Source: Nymphaea colorata
Lineage: Eukaryota
NCBI RefSeq assembly: GCF_008831285.2
Contig: NC_045138.2
Coordinates: forward strand, 24,862,001-24,926,000
DNA length: 64,000 nt
Direction of reading: 5' to 3'
Made by a program: the position numbers and the translations under genes. This document shows, in pieces, positions 50,916-64,000 of this stretch. Numbering within the stretch: position 1 is the stretch's first letter; the number at the start of each line of letters is the position of its first letter. The notes below the pieces were generated by a model, which was not told the DNA's origin, did no database searches, and saw only the letters and a list, made by a program, of their open reading frames with translations.

Positions 50916-51065
50916 AAACCATGGGGGCAAGAGGAAGCCAATATGGTTTCACTTCTCATGAACTGCCAAACACTTTCCTATTACATTAGGTCCTTGAATA
51001 ACTAGGTCCTTGAATAACCTTGAGATAGACCTCTGAATTTTATTGCATATATATCTCAACGTTAT

Positions 51066-51129
<64 letters not shown>

Positions 51130-53744
51130 CCCAAAACATTGATGTCCTAATACATAAATGAAAAAAGATATGAGAAAGAGACGATATTTCACCTGAATGT
51201 ATGACCATTATCATGCCTTGCAAGAATAATTGAATTTCCGGCTTCCTTTCAAACTCTAGTTTGCTGACCTTTGGAAGGCTGAAAGGCCAAGTATCGAAAA
51301 ACATCTCCATGCCGCAAACGACGTGTTGGACCTCTCTAATTTACATTGGCAATGATGTCAATTGACCGCTCAAAGAGGGCGGCGAGGGTCTGAAACTGAA
51401 CTGAAGCAGGCCATTACTACTAGAGGTCGCCATGAGAGCAGCGTGGTACTCCATGGCTTCATAAATTGTGTGCTTGGGGGAGAGCGACCCCCACGTTTTG
51501 ACGTGGAATGAAGGGAAGTCTGATTTCATTACCCTTGTATCGTATTTTTATCCTTTGCAGTCCAAATGAATAACACCAAAACATGACAATTCAAACCTTG
51601 AATTCCTTGGATGTGGACTGATTTACTATGGCGCTGCACCAACTATACACAAGAGTTTGTGACTTAATTGCTCTTCTTTTGGAAATATTTTTTGAAATTT
51701 TGGGGTTTTTTAAGATTCATTTATAATTCATACACACTTGATCTTACAAGTCCATCCTTGCCTAGTTGGGATTGAATTGCGCTTTTGATTAGAGAATTCC
51801 ATTGACCTTTTGAGATATTTAATATATCACACACTGCATGTGATAGACGATAGTTAGAAACTAATAAGTTCGAAAACAATACAAAATGAAGTAAAGTTTC
51901 TTTTTCCTTTTCTTTTTGAAGCTGGAGTTAAGTTGCAAAACCGAGCACTGGAAACACCCAAAGATGTGACAAGAAAATAAGGTAAGCTAAACAATTTGTT
52001 TGCGTTTAATTATTATGAAAGGTGCATCCAGACAGCTTCCACCGTGTTTGAATGGAAGACCACATCCTTGCACGTTCCCCATCATTGAAACGGGCTACAT
52101 TCCATGTGACAAGCTTTTATCTATCCACCCACAAGAGAGGCTGGCCCAGTCAGAAAATATGGCCACAAAGCTATCAAAATTCTAGTGAAATTTTATCTTA
52201 GAGCCGATATAGAAGTAGGCGTACATGATGGTCCAGTCAGATCGATCAAACTCATCAAACCCATATTAGGGGTAAAATGGTCACTTAATGTTTAGATAAC
52301 ATTTTTTTTGCATAAACTTACGTTATGTGTTACGTATACCTAAGTTTATCATTTTTCCGATTTCTGAAGCTTCAATTCAAAATCTTTTTGCCATCTGTAA
52401 TTCAAATCAATTCCATGAACAAAATGATCATTTCATTTAATGACATTCCTCTACGTAAAGTTAGGTTATCAGTCCTATACACCTAAGTTTATTGATATTC
52501 GCATCTCTAGAGAGTTATAAAATTTAAATTTTTTAAGCAATGCCAATATATAATTGAGAAAAATTGTCCCAAAGTATCAATTTAAAAATAAGCTTTTATT
52601 TTTTTTTGATTATATGAATAACTGCCTCCGTCCCTGGCTGTCTGTAAACGACTCGTTGTCATTAACTAAAAGGTTGGGTTAGTCCTGATTTTTTTTTTTT
52701 TTAAAAAAAAAAAAAAACACTTGACCATATTTGAATTGAATATCTGATCAACTTGCTTTAAGTAAGTGCGATGCATATGAAAGATTAGCATCTAAATTGG
52801 ATTTCAGATCAGATTTGATTATGAATCTTAAAGTGGATCTCGGATCAGATTCGTTTGTGAATTTCAAACTTGGGTTGGAGTTTTCTTCATTCACATTCAA
52901 ATTTGAATCGGAACCCGAACATGTGAACATCCAAGAAATTGGATACGGTAAAACATATATCCAATGGAAACCTGATCCACCATGTCCTTAATCCCTCTGT
53001 CCATTACTTTGAACCCATACAGGTCAGAAAAGATGGGGTTATCCAGTACAAGGCTTTAATTAGCAATTTAACTTACTAAAAACTTGATTATTTGTGAAAA
53101 AAATAAAATTAATTTGAATAGAAAAACTCTTAAAATATTCCTAAAAACTCCAAATCTTTCTGAGATGGTTTGCCACTGAATGGGTGTTGATTATGTTAAT
53201 AGTGCTATCGATATATTAACTATCATTTGGCAACAAGAATTGTAATAAATTGTTTCATTAGTATGCCACATATACATATTCGTAATGAAAATTGTAATAA
53301 TTAACTGTTGTATGAATATGCTCCAAAGATTATGAATGTTTTTGATGCATGAATTAGATCATAAAAATTTTAAAGTAACATTCATTTATAAAATCTACTT
53401 GAATGCATGAATTAGATGATAAATATTTTAGATTGACATTCATTTAAACTTCTTGGCTCATAAAATCCATTTGAAGAACTTATAAACAACTGCCCACCGC
53501 TGTTCTTTGTTCCTTCTTAAATACAATGCTTAAAACTGTTATATTCTGATCAATTTCATTATGATAAATAATTTGCCTATCCAACTCATTAGGATTTAGG
53601 GTCATGGACGGGCAAAATCTGGATTTTCGTAGATCCCGACTTGTTTCAAGTATTGACCGAGCCCAGTGAAGGAGAGCCGAAACCTGGGAAATGGAGATCC
53701 GTTTCTTCCAAACACAGCCCAGGTCTTAAGGGGAGAGGTTGGTC

Positions 53745-53840
53745 AACCGCTATATACGAGCAAACCCCCAATTGGCGCGCTCTCCCGCGGAGACCCCACC
53801 GATAGCTTGTTTGAAGATCGAACCCCATTAGGGTTCTCAG
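53745..53840 (+). promoter_or_regulatory. Putative core promoter / 5' region of the SR-RRM gene
   Basis: TATATA at ~53751, CCAATTGG at ~53768, a GC-rich patch and telobox-like TTAGGGTT at ~53828. These are followed by pyrimidine-rich leader/intron-like sequence ~600 bp upstream of the ATG. Confidence 0.35.
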
Positions 53841-54454
53841 CTTCCTCTGAGGTTCTTTGATTGCTTGTTCTTTCCCTGCGCTTGGTTTCTTCTGATTTTA
53901 GAGAGCTTGAAGCTTTCTTTCGTTGTTGAAGGTGTGTCAATGATCTTTGTTTCGCTTTCTTTTCCTTTTTATATTCTTTTTCTCCATTTTGGCGTTGTTT
54001 TCGCTTTTGGGCATCACCTGAAATGGCGGCTCTTGGGTTGCTTCATCGTCAAATTTGGTTTTTTGGGTATTCGGAGAAGACGCTTGCTGGTTTATTCAAT
54101 TATGCTTGTCTCATTTTGGTTTTCTTCTGCTCCAGCAGAAAGCGCGTTGAGGGCCTGGGGCTTTGGGTTTGGATTTTTTTTTTTTTAGAATTTGGGTGGT
54201 GTTGAGTGTGGTCGTCGTATTGGGTTCTTTAATTTTTTTTTCAATACCTTTTTCTTGTTTCTTTTTCTGGCTTGAGTTCGCTTTAGTCTTGTGAGGTTCA
54301 TCTGGCCTGCATTGTGGTTTGGAATCTCATATGGTTATGTTGTGCACTAGATATTGGTTCTTAGTAAAATGGTTCAATTTTTTCCTGTTCTGCGTTAACA
54401 ACTTATCGTTCTCGTCCTTATTCTTGTTTTCTTGTTTTATGTTCATTTGGGGAT

Positions 54455-57400
54455 ATGAAAGTGATGAATTCTGGTTCACCTGATAAAGAGGTCGATGCTT
54501 CAATGGGTGTTGCTGAGATTGACGGTGAGATCCCTGCCGGGGGTAAATGGTCAGCTGCATTAGATCTGAACCTAGCGGCAGGTAAGGACGAAGAGGGCTG
54601 TGGCCATGAGAATGATGTTCGGAATGGCCGGATGGAGATGGACTTGAATCAGCAGCAATTGCATGGTGAGGCTAATTCGTTGCCTGTGGTGAACGGAAAT
54701 TATATTCATGAAATGGAAGACGGTGATCAGTTGGAGAGATCAAATATTCCAGGGGAAGATGGAATCGCTGGAGATTGTATTGGAAGGGACAGGGATATGG
54801 AGGCTGTTGATGATTTTGAGAGAAGATGTTGTTCCTCGCCGACGAAGATTGCATCTTTGCCTACTGAAAAGCTAAACGATGAAATTGATGTTCATGGAAA
54901 GCAGAATTCAGGCATTTCAGCTGGAGAAACCGGAAATGATTTTTATAGTTATGCTGGTAAGTCGAGTGATGAAATTCGAAGTAAGGACCATGATGACGAA
55001 GATGGTGATCTTTCAGATGCTGTTTATAAGAACCACCCCGTTGACAGGTTAGACAAGGAAGAAAACCAAATGGAATATGTTGCCGGTGATATGCAGAAGT
55101 ATGAATCCTATAGCTCCAGCAATTTGGACGCACAACCTAATACCAAGGACATGCAAGGAAGTTACTCCCACCATTTTCCCCAAGAGCGTGTCTTAGGATC
55201 TGTTTCACCGGTTACGGCAACAGCAGACTCCTGTACACAATCTCCTCACAGATTCCCATCTGCAGGAATGGAACCAAATTCTCATGTATCACCATTATCT
55301 GAAAATCAAGAAGTTCCGGTTCCTCAGTGCGAAACTCCGCACTCATCATCACTCAAGTGTAGTCCTTCCCGTATGCAATCGCCAAAGGGTCATTCTGAAC
55401 AGAAAGGAACAACTTCTCATGACAATATTCAGCAGGAGTTTTCCCCTAGAAAGTCTGCTCGCACAGATAAGGGATCTCGTTCTCCTCGAAGATTTCAGCA
55501 GCAAGACTCCCCAAAACAGGAAGATTCCTCTAAAGGTTGCCAATCTACTTCACCAAAAAGAAGGCACTCTTCACCAGGAAGGCACAAAAGACATGATCGT
55601 TCATTATCTAGATCGCCCAGCAGGCGGAGGGAACAGAAGGATGCTCCTTCTGGTTCAAGAAGAGACTACCGCTATAGGTCGCGGTCAAGGTCCCCCATGC
55701 AAGGGAACATTCCAGGAGATCCCCAAGGTAGGACATGCTTGGAAATCTGATGGCGTACCCTGAATATTTTTAGGTTCAATTAAGTGTTTTGATTTGGTTT
55801 GTTTGTTTGATTTGTCAGGAGGAGATATTCTCCAATGAGGAGGTCCCCTCCATCAGCTTATCATTCTCACCGCCGATCTCCAAGGAGGAGACCTTGGTCA
55901 CCTCCTCCAAATCGGAGTACTGGAGTGGGGAAACCTGGGAATAGTTTATTTGTTGCTGGTTTCAGCTTTGCCACCACTGAGAGAGATTTAGAGAGGAAGT
56001 TCTCTAGATTTGGCCGAGTGACAGATGTTCGCATTGTTCGTGACAGGAGGTATGAACAAATTCTACGAGAATTTCATTTAGTAGCACATGTATGCGTACC
56101 TTCGAGATATCAAAGTAATGCAATGCCAAGTTGTAAATGTGCGTATGATGCATTTTGTATCTGAAAATTGTACATGCTTGCTAAGTAATATGTAATTCTT
56201 CCGATGAATAGGCTGGAATTTATATTTGAAAAAGATTCTTTTCCATGTTTTACATATATAATGAGATCAGTATCAACATAAACACGCATTACATCTGAGT
56301 CATTCAAATATGAAAAGGTTATGTCACACACACATTTATTACATACTTAAGAATGTATCGTCCAATAAAGGATGTTGCCGTTGTGCTAGACAGCCAGCCC
56401 AAACAACGGTAGCCTGCTATTTGTATGTGTGGCGGTTGCCTGCTTCTTTTTGTTCTTGTCTCTCACAAAAGGATCAAATTTTACTATTTGACTTTCAAGC
56501 TAACCTCTGAACCAATCTGACATAAGGAGTCTAATTTTACTTTATTAAAGTTCTAAACTCACATATCAATGAAAAAATTTGGTGACCTTCTCCAGGTTAG
56601 GCTGTACTTTCCCTTGTGGCAGTTGGTACATGTACTATAACTTATATGGTTGAAAGTTTTTCTTTTTATCAGTATGACATTTACCTATCTGTAGCTGAAA
56701 AAAGATTCAAATATTTGTAGTTTGTGGTGTGTATGTTTGATCATATAATGTTACGGCTAAAAATACCACCACTGTTCTTGAGGTCTATGTTGCACATAAT
56801 GATCCTGGTTATCGTGACCAGTTATGTGCTATATTTACCTTCTGTCTGTAGACCTTCAAGACGTTGTAATGTTTCTAGGCATCAGGGCAAAAGCAATGAT
56901 CCGGTAGTCTGATGGCATTTTTGTGGCGGTGACATTGTATGATCAAAGACTAAATTTAATATTGCTTGAGCTTTTGGAGTTGATTGGAAAAAAAAAATAT
57001 ACTCATAGGATTGTGTTTCTTTATGTATTATAAGTTGTAGCCAGCTTCATGAAAAGGTCAACATGATGGTTAGGAGTCTTAAGACTAAACAAAAGAACTC
57101 TCTGAAAATGAATTATTTCGTGGTTGTCATACCTCTATCTTAATATTATACTTTGATGATTTAGTCTGTACTTTGAAGCCACTATATGCCGAACTGAGCG
57201 ATTCTGTTTAGTGATTTGACAGGTGGAAGAATGGAACCTAATCTAAAACTTTAATAACGTCTATTAAGGATGTGTCTAGTTTATGGTTTGTAATGTTGGT
57301 GATCAGGCATGTTTTTGTGGTCATGTAACTTGTTTTATTGTATCATCTAATTGCCTTACTCTTGTTTTATTGTATCATCTAATTGCCTTACTCTTGTTTA

Positions 57401-57615
57401 TCATGTTTTAATCTATTTTAGTATTACATCTACCATAATTCTAACGCTGGCCATTTTTCTTCTCTAATGTACCAAGATCTGGTGATTCAAGAGGTTTTGG
57501 CTTTTTGTCCTTGGATCGAGATGAGGATGCTGATGCCGCAATTCGAGCTTTAGACCAGACCGAATGGAATGGGCGGATTGTCCTGGTTGAAAAATCAAAG
57601 ACTCGTGCTCACTGA
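54455..57615 (+). CDS. Arg/Ser-rich RNA-binding protein with a C-terminal RRM (SR45a/Tra2-like); apparent frameshift near 55695
   Basis: Exons 54455-55727, 55819-56049, 57477-57615. Long acidic low-complexity N-terminus, then an RS/SP-rich region, then the RRM: RNP2 LFVAGF, RNP1 RGFGFLSL, ending AIRALDQTEWNGRIVLVEKSKTRAH*. The exon 1/exon 2 phases do not match at the best donor (see findings). Confidence 0.88.
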
Positions 57616-60600
57616 GTGTTCTTGTGTTTAGCTTGGGAAGTCTAGCCTCTGGCGGAGAGGCTGTGGCTTTCCATTTTCTGTCTTGTTTCCTGCCATATAG
57701 TCACCACAGTTTAATATAGGGCAAGTACTACATAAAACTAGAATCCTGACACTGTAATCAGTTCAAGTCATACTTTGGTACTCTAAAACTGAACGTGCCA
57801 ATGTCCTTTTACTAAATCATCATCCATTTGGACTATGGAGTAGAGTAGATTCTGAAAAAATGACTTTTTTGCTGAGATACACTGTGCCAGATACTTAAAC
57901 AAATTGTCTGATTAGTTGTCTATTTTACATTTTGACTTGTTCAACTGAATGACCCTTGCATAAATCTTTCAGGGCCTACCAGCGGCTAAATGAGAGTTGT
58001 GTACCTTATTTTACTGCGTGAGGGCCTCTGCCTTAATTTTGTTCGAGCACCTTCTGTACCTGGAAATTTCAACATGAACATAATGCGATTTGCATTTGTC
58101 AAATGTTTCTTATGGAGCTCGCGTGCGTTTGCCAGTTCTCAACTTGGTACCCGAAAGCAGGCAATCTGCAACATCGAGTAACTTGATTGGATGAGTGCAC
58201 GGTGAACCTAGATTCTTTTGTTCAGCATACATTACCAGCCTCTGTTGTTCTGTGTAGATCTATCGTGCCGGTAACCTGAATATGCATTTAAAGGTAAAGC
58301 ACAGCTCAAACATAAGATTCTGTCTCTCTTGTTATGAAATTGCTTATGGCCTGTGATCCTTGCTCCATCTGTTTATCATCTTGGCTACTTCATGTCTGCT
58401 TTCTTAATTTTGTAAAGTGGTTACTGAAAGCTTGAAGCTTGGGAGTATATTACATGGTTTAAGACCCAGAAGCAAGGCTGATTTAAGATTGGGTGCAATG
58501 GAATGCCAAGCTCTCACTGCTAACCCTATTCAGAATGCTGATCACTTCTTTGTGACAACCCTCCGGATGTGTTCCTCCTTCTTACCGTGGTTCAGTTGGA
58601 TGTGTCTGTCATGCTGGTACTCTGCTGCAAACAGGTGACAGCAATACTTGTATATGGTCTTCATGAAGCATTGCAGATTAATTAGTAGAATAGTGTGGGC
58701 AACTTTTCATCTGCATTTCCTTATTCTGCTGATCCAAGCATGTGATAAGAGGCTTAGTGAGGTGAGCCGAGTCAGTCAAATTTTGAACCTATAGCAAGTC
58801 TCTTTTTCTTAAAAACTAGAGGATGTCTACTTTGTTTTTATTGTTGACGTTGATAGGTAAGCCGGGTTTAGGCAGACCCATACCATCCATTATGCACTAG
58901 ACCTTAAGCTATCTGGTCAACCTATTTATCTCAATTGTCTTTGATCGTCAATATGTTAGGCCAACCCTGTGGGCGAACCTGGAAGCTGACTATTTCTTGA
59001 CTAAGCCAGAGGTGACTCTGGACCTCTGGTCAACCGTCCATGTCTTGTCCAAAGTCACCTGTTCATTTGGAAAAGCCTGTGCGCTTATAAATTAATATTA
59101 TGCGGATGTTCACAGAACTGATATCTGCAAAATGTTCGTTTCTGATGAGCCATAGTATTTGGAAGCATATATTGTGCTTACATTGTTTTCCCTTATACAT
59201 ACACATTACTTATTATGTAGAGTACACCAAAAAGTTGCTTTAACATACCATTTTTTAAAGATGTATGTTGGCTTAATAATGGAATTATTTGACAAAATTT
59301 ACGGAGTTCTTATCTATTCTTAGTTACCAGTTGGCATGTATGCATATTAACATGAAAGTGATAATGCTTTCTCGCTTTATCGCTAAACCGCCCCAGGGAC
59401 CATGAGTTTGGTTTAGTTATTATGCACCAAAAACTACTGTTTCACATTGTGAGTGTTCTTTTGGAGCTGTATAAGGAATTACTTTCTTATGGGTGGCGTC
59501 TTTCTTGTTCCATTGCTGCATGTTCTCCGCAGTATCTGCAAATTGCAATTATGGAGCTATGATGTCGCTGAGACCTGCCTCTTTGCTTGTTATTTTTCTC
59601 TAATCAAATTCAGATAGGTGGATGCAGGGGCAACTGTTCTAGTGTAATATTAGCAGACGTTTAGATATTTTAACCATTGTTATTAATGTATGTGCTAAAG
59701 AATTGTGTGTTGCCTTCCCAAAATCCCGTGTTTACAGAATTGTGTGGTATGAATTATTCCCTGCCACCTTTCGATGTTCGGAATGTTGTCAAAATACTGT
59801 GGACGGACTTGGTAACCCATACCACATTTCAAGATCATTCATTGAGTGACCTTTGAGAATTTCATTTTGGGGGGACTATGAATGGAAATTTGCATCTAGG
59901 GAACCCACCCTTTATTCGAATCTCAAAGGCAGGTTTCAGGGTTCTGACTCTTTCACGATGCGTTTTGAGGTTCTGGCAACTGTAATATCTGTTACAACGC
60001 AATGTTTCTTAGCGTCATTTTCGTTGTGTTTGGGTCTCCATTGAATCTCACGACTGTCGCCCGCTCGGCAGCGTAAAACGCCGAGGAACCTTTACTCATC
60101 CTCATGGCTTGTGTTTGTTAGGCTTCCGATTATCAAATCATCTGCTGCTGGTGGTCCTATCACCTGTGTCAAATTCCGTTGAGTAAAGTTTGTTTTTTCT
60201 AAACAATGATGTACATCATAGCCCTTATTTGGCATTGATCTGGAGACTGATAAGCATCTTAATATTGGCTCTTCGTAAAATGATGCACGGGGGTGAATCT
60301 CTCCTGAATAGTCCCGCAGGGCCGCAGGAGTCATCTAATTCAGCAAACATTTGCCCCTTAATAAGGTGTTAATTGAAATTTAGTAAGAAGAGATCGGCGA
60401 TTTGGTTACTGAAAGATGTTACTGTGGTATCCCATAAATTGCAACATTATTTTATGGAAGAAAAAGAAACAAAGTTACTCCTCGTTGAGTAGAAAACAAA
60501 CTGGCAATACCTTCTCATGTTTTACGGCGAGGAGCATCCAAGTTTGAAATTTAATGGCACCCAAAAGTCAGAAACCATCCTTATGTAAAGTGCAAGTTGC

Positions 60601-63600
60601 AACGTTGCATCTTCAACCTTTCGAAGTGCTTATCATTTGTCAACACCATCAATAACTCATTTCCAAGCTCAATTCCCTCCAGCACCTAACTTGAAATCTC
60701 GACGTCGATGTATTCACGACGCTATTGTAAGGCTGAAGCATCGATGGAGACATTCTCCTGATAAAGACAAAGGAGACATGCTTGAAACACCCAAACGGTT
60801 GAGCCAGTGGCTGCTACAAGGCTAGTCATTAGTTTGGTTCATATGGACACCAACCGTACTAGCCTAGGAGTTTAACACTACCCAAGAGAGTGACAGTCTT
60901 TTATCTCAGTTGCAGTTTTCTCAAGGTGAAAACCAGAATTTGATCTACTTTTCTGGAAGGTTGAACTTTAGTCTTTGAAGACGAATAAAGCCAAAGCAAC
61001 AATCATGGCCTATTTATCCACATAACGATGTAAGAGTTTACCTAACCCCGGCTTGTCTACCAGAGAAAAGGAAAGAAAAAAGAACAGCACCAGCCATATT
61101 AACCTGGCATCATTCTTCTAATACCATACATTTGTTGGAAAAATTTCTATTCATTAGATGTTCAATTAGCGCTCAATTCATAGATTTCGAGTTCCGTGAA
61201 CACGTTAACTATCTATGATCTCAGTCTCGGAGAGACCTTCTTCTGTGCTAACCATGAACCAGGCCAAACTTTTCCTTTAGTGATCTTGTGTTAACCAACT
61301 CAACTTGTAGATCCTACTTCATGTAGGCTAACTCATACCAAAAGATCCCTTTCTTTGACTCCACCCACCCACCACGTCGCCACCAAGGAATAATTCAAGT
61401 TGGAGCAAAGCCATCAGTATAAGTTTGGTGAACCAATAGTTCTAAGACTTCCTAATCACTTTCATGGTGTAGTTAGGTAGTGATGTAACTCATCTTTAAA
61501 TGCTTTTCCACTTCCTCTAGTTAAGAAAATTTCGTGCAGACAAACTTCTATAATATGAGTACTGATAGTTTTGGGATAAAATATTCAAACTAAAGAAAAG
61601 AGTACCGTCCGTCTGACGCAAGATTTTGATAGCAATTGATTTTTTCTGTGTTGAATCTTAGGCTGGAAAATCTTCCAGGTAAATTCCTCGAGCCTACCAC
61701 AAAAAGGCTGAATTAACCAGCAAACAGGTCGTGCAGATGGACCCATGCAACGCGACGGAGCAGACAAGACAGGAAGAATGGCCCAAAGGAAACGTTTTTC
61801 ATCCAATACGCCGAGGAGAGTTGCCGTCCGGCAAACGGGCGATTGCGATGTTTTCTTTTATGTTTCTAAATAATTGTTGGTAAAGGGTCATTTACGTAAG
61901 TTAACCATCCATATCGAATGTTTTAAAATCGTAGACGGCTTTCTGAGAAATAAAATGAAAAGTTGAGCGGCCGTTTGATGAAGATGAGCAGAACTGCTTT
62001 TTGTAATTCTTTTCAAAATTTATATAGAAAATGTTTTTTTTTCTTTTACATTAGTTGGTAGGTGTAATTTTTAATTAACAAACATGTTTTAAGTTGATTG
62101 CTTTTTTAATTTTAATTCATAAAAATATCAGCCACCCTTATGAGTGAGTGAAGAGGAGTATTGCTTACCGTTCTACTGAAAGCCGAAGCTTCGAGTTTTT
62201 TCGTCTCCTCAAACCAATAGCCTTACTTTCGATGTCTTAGGGGCAGAGATAAGTAGGGTATCCATGGGGCATGTACTATGCAGAACCACTTTGAAACCTT
62301 AATTTGATAAGTAGACCTGGGTTTAGTTATATGTGGCATCCCCAGGAGACGGGAGTCACTGCTCCATGAACTTGGGTGGATTTGGTTGTTAATTGTATAT
62401 TTAATGTTCCATAAAAAAAAGTTTTGGCTTTGCTTCTGCTCTTACTATGTTTCAAATTGCATATTGTTGTCCTTCTTATGCAGCATAAGAAGTTAACGCT
62501 ATAGGAACTCGAAACAAATATGTTTCACCTTGCATATTGTTGTCCTTCTTATACAACATAAACAACATAAGATGTTAACGCTATGGGAGCTCGAAACAAA
62601 GACTGATTGCTTTTGAGCCCTCGTCTCACTCTCATCTGTTGCATCAACCCTCTCCAAATAAAAAAAATCAACTACCCTTATATCACCAAAATTTTTATAC
62701 TAAAAAAAAAAAATTCTTTTCACAAGATCAACTTGAACCAAACAATGTTTTTATACTAAATCAATAGTCATCAACACTCTAGGGGATTGAAACTATGTAT
62801 AAAATATCTTTTAGCATGTTTTTTAGGCGGTTTACTTCTTGTCCATGACCTAAGTGACCTAGGTGACGCCCATTCTCCTCTCTAAGCGGTTTACTTGTTT
62901 CTAAAATATCTTTTTAGTCATAAACACTCTTAGCGGGGTGAGATTATTTTATTGAACTTTTATTTTTCTCTTTTAAGGGAGCACTAAATGGGCGTGCACT
63001 CCTACGCCTTGACCAGTGACCGATATAATAAAAAAAATAAGATCTTCAAAACTGCAGTAGGAGATCGAACAATCAAAGCTTCTAAATTACCAATTCATTT
63101 GAAGTATTCGATACACAGCCGTTGGATCTGTAGCTCAGTAATTATAAACACAGCAAAAGTTTTGCCTCTCAGAAAAGAAAATTGGACCCTTTTAGGACCA
63201 CGCCACTTGGTGGATCTGGTTCCCATTTATTACAACTTCAATTTTTTCTTCTTTTCATCTTTCAAGCAATTTCTTACTGCTTACAGTCAAGAAGGTTACA
63301 TCTTTGAACCGGTTTGAAAGTATATATATATATGCCTGCATCTACTTTCTCTCACTAACCCAGATAAAAAAATTAAAAAGTAGTTGGAATAAAATGATAG
63401 TGATACTCTTTTTATGGGCACCAATCACATATTTTAGATTTGAAAGGATAACATACAAAAGAAATGAAGGTGATAGAATAAGGCTTGCTTTTGAAAGTAT
63501 AGCCAAGTGAAAATTTCTTAGGAAAAAAAAAGAGCGGAAACGAGCAAATTGATATTGACGCATGCTCTTGAGGTCCCCAAACTGGGAACTTTCCTCCCCT

Positions 63601-64000
63601 TTTCACAACCAAAGTGCGTGATTGACATGCCAAATGAGATCATTAAGTTCCTCGTCATTTTCATTTTGGTCCATTTTCTATTTCCTGCCTTTGTTCTTCA
63701 AGATGTAAACTCCAAAGATTTCAGGTCGAATTCAACTCAAATCCGCGTAACATAAGATTTCGATGTTTATATACACTTGGTTTGTATTTTTATTGGATAT
63801 CAATCGGATATCTGGCTCAGATCCAAACTCGGTTGTAAAGCTTCTAACCAAATTCGACTAAATGAATCTAAAACCTGATTGGTAATCTATTACATCTAAC
63901 CCATTTGTCCCCAAATCCCACATACTGAATTTTTATATCAGGCTTAGATCCAAATTTAGTAAGAAAGCATCTTACCAAATCCGACCAAATGAATTCAAAG

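Noticed and set aside
57990..63755. Short ORFs (60-109 aa) downstream of the SR-RRM gene
   Set aside because: No recognisable motifs or spliceable exon chain; treated as intergenic.

Overview
AT-rich, intron-rich angiosperm nuclear DNA; the species cannot be established from the sequence alone. All gene models were spliced and translated by hand. The left part (1-25.4 kb) holds the Pro-rich 3' end of an upstream gene and a tandem array of four ~5-6 kb units. Each unit carries a small C2-domain (CaLB-type) gene with a short Pro/Tyr tail. Three copies are intact and one has lost exon 1. The array is interrupted by a solo LTR, a hAT MITE, and Copia and Gypsy remnants. The middle holds a glutamate-receptor-like (GLR) gene fragment, an intact 6-exon plastid-type RidA gene, and two tandem NEP1-interacting-protein-like membrane RING-H2 genes. 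The right part holds an Arg/Ser-rich RRM gene (SR45a/Tra2-like) with an apparent 1-nt frameshift at the end of its long first coding exon. The most notable signal is the C2 array. Its exons, especially the predicted ligand-binding loops, look far more diverged between copies than the adjacent introns, and most canonical Ca2+-binding aspartates are replaced by basic or His residues. The exon-1-less copy is also phase-compatible with read-through splicing from copy 1. No rRNA, tRNA, CRISPR or recognisable conserved miRNA was found.
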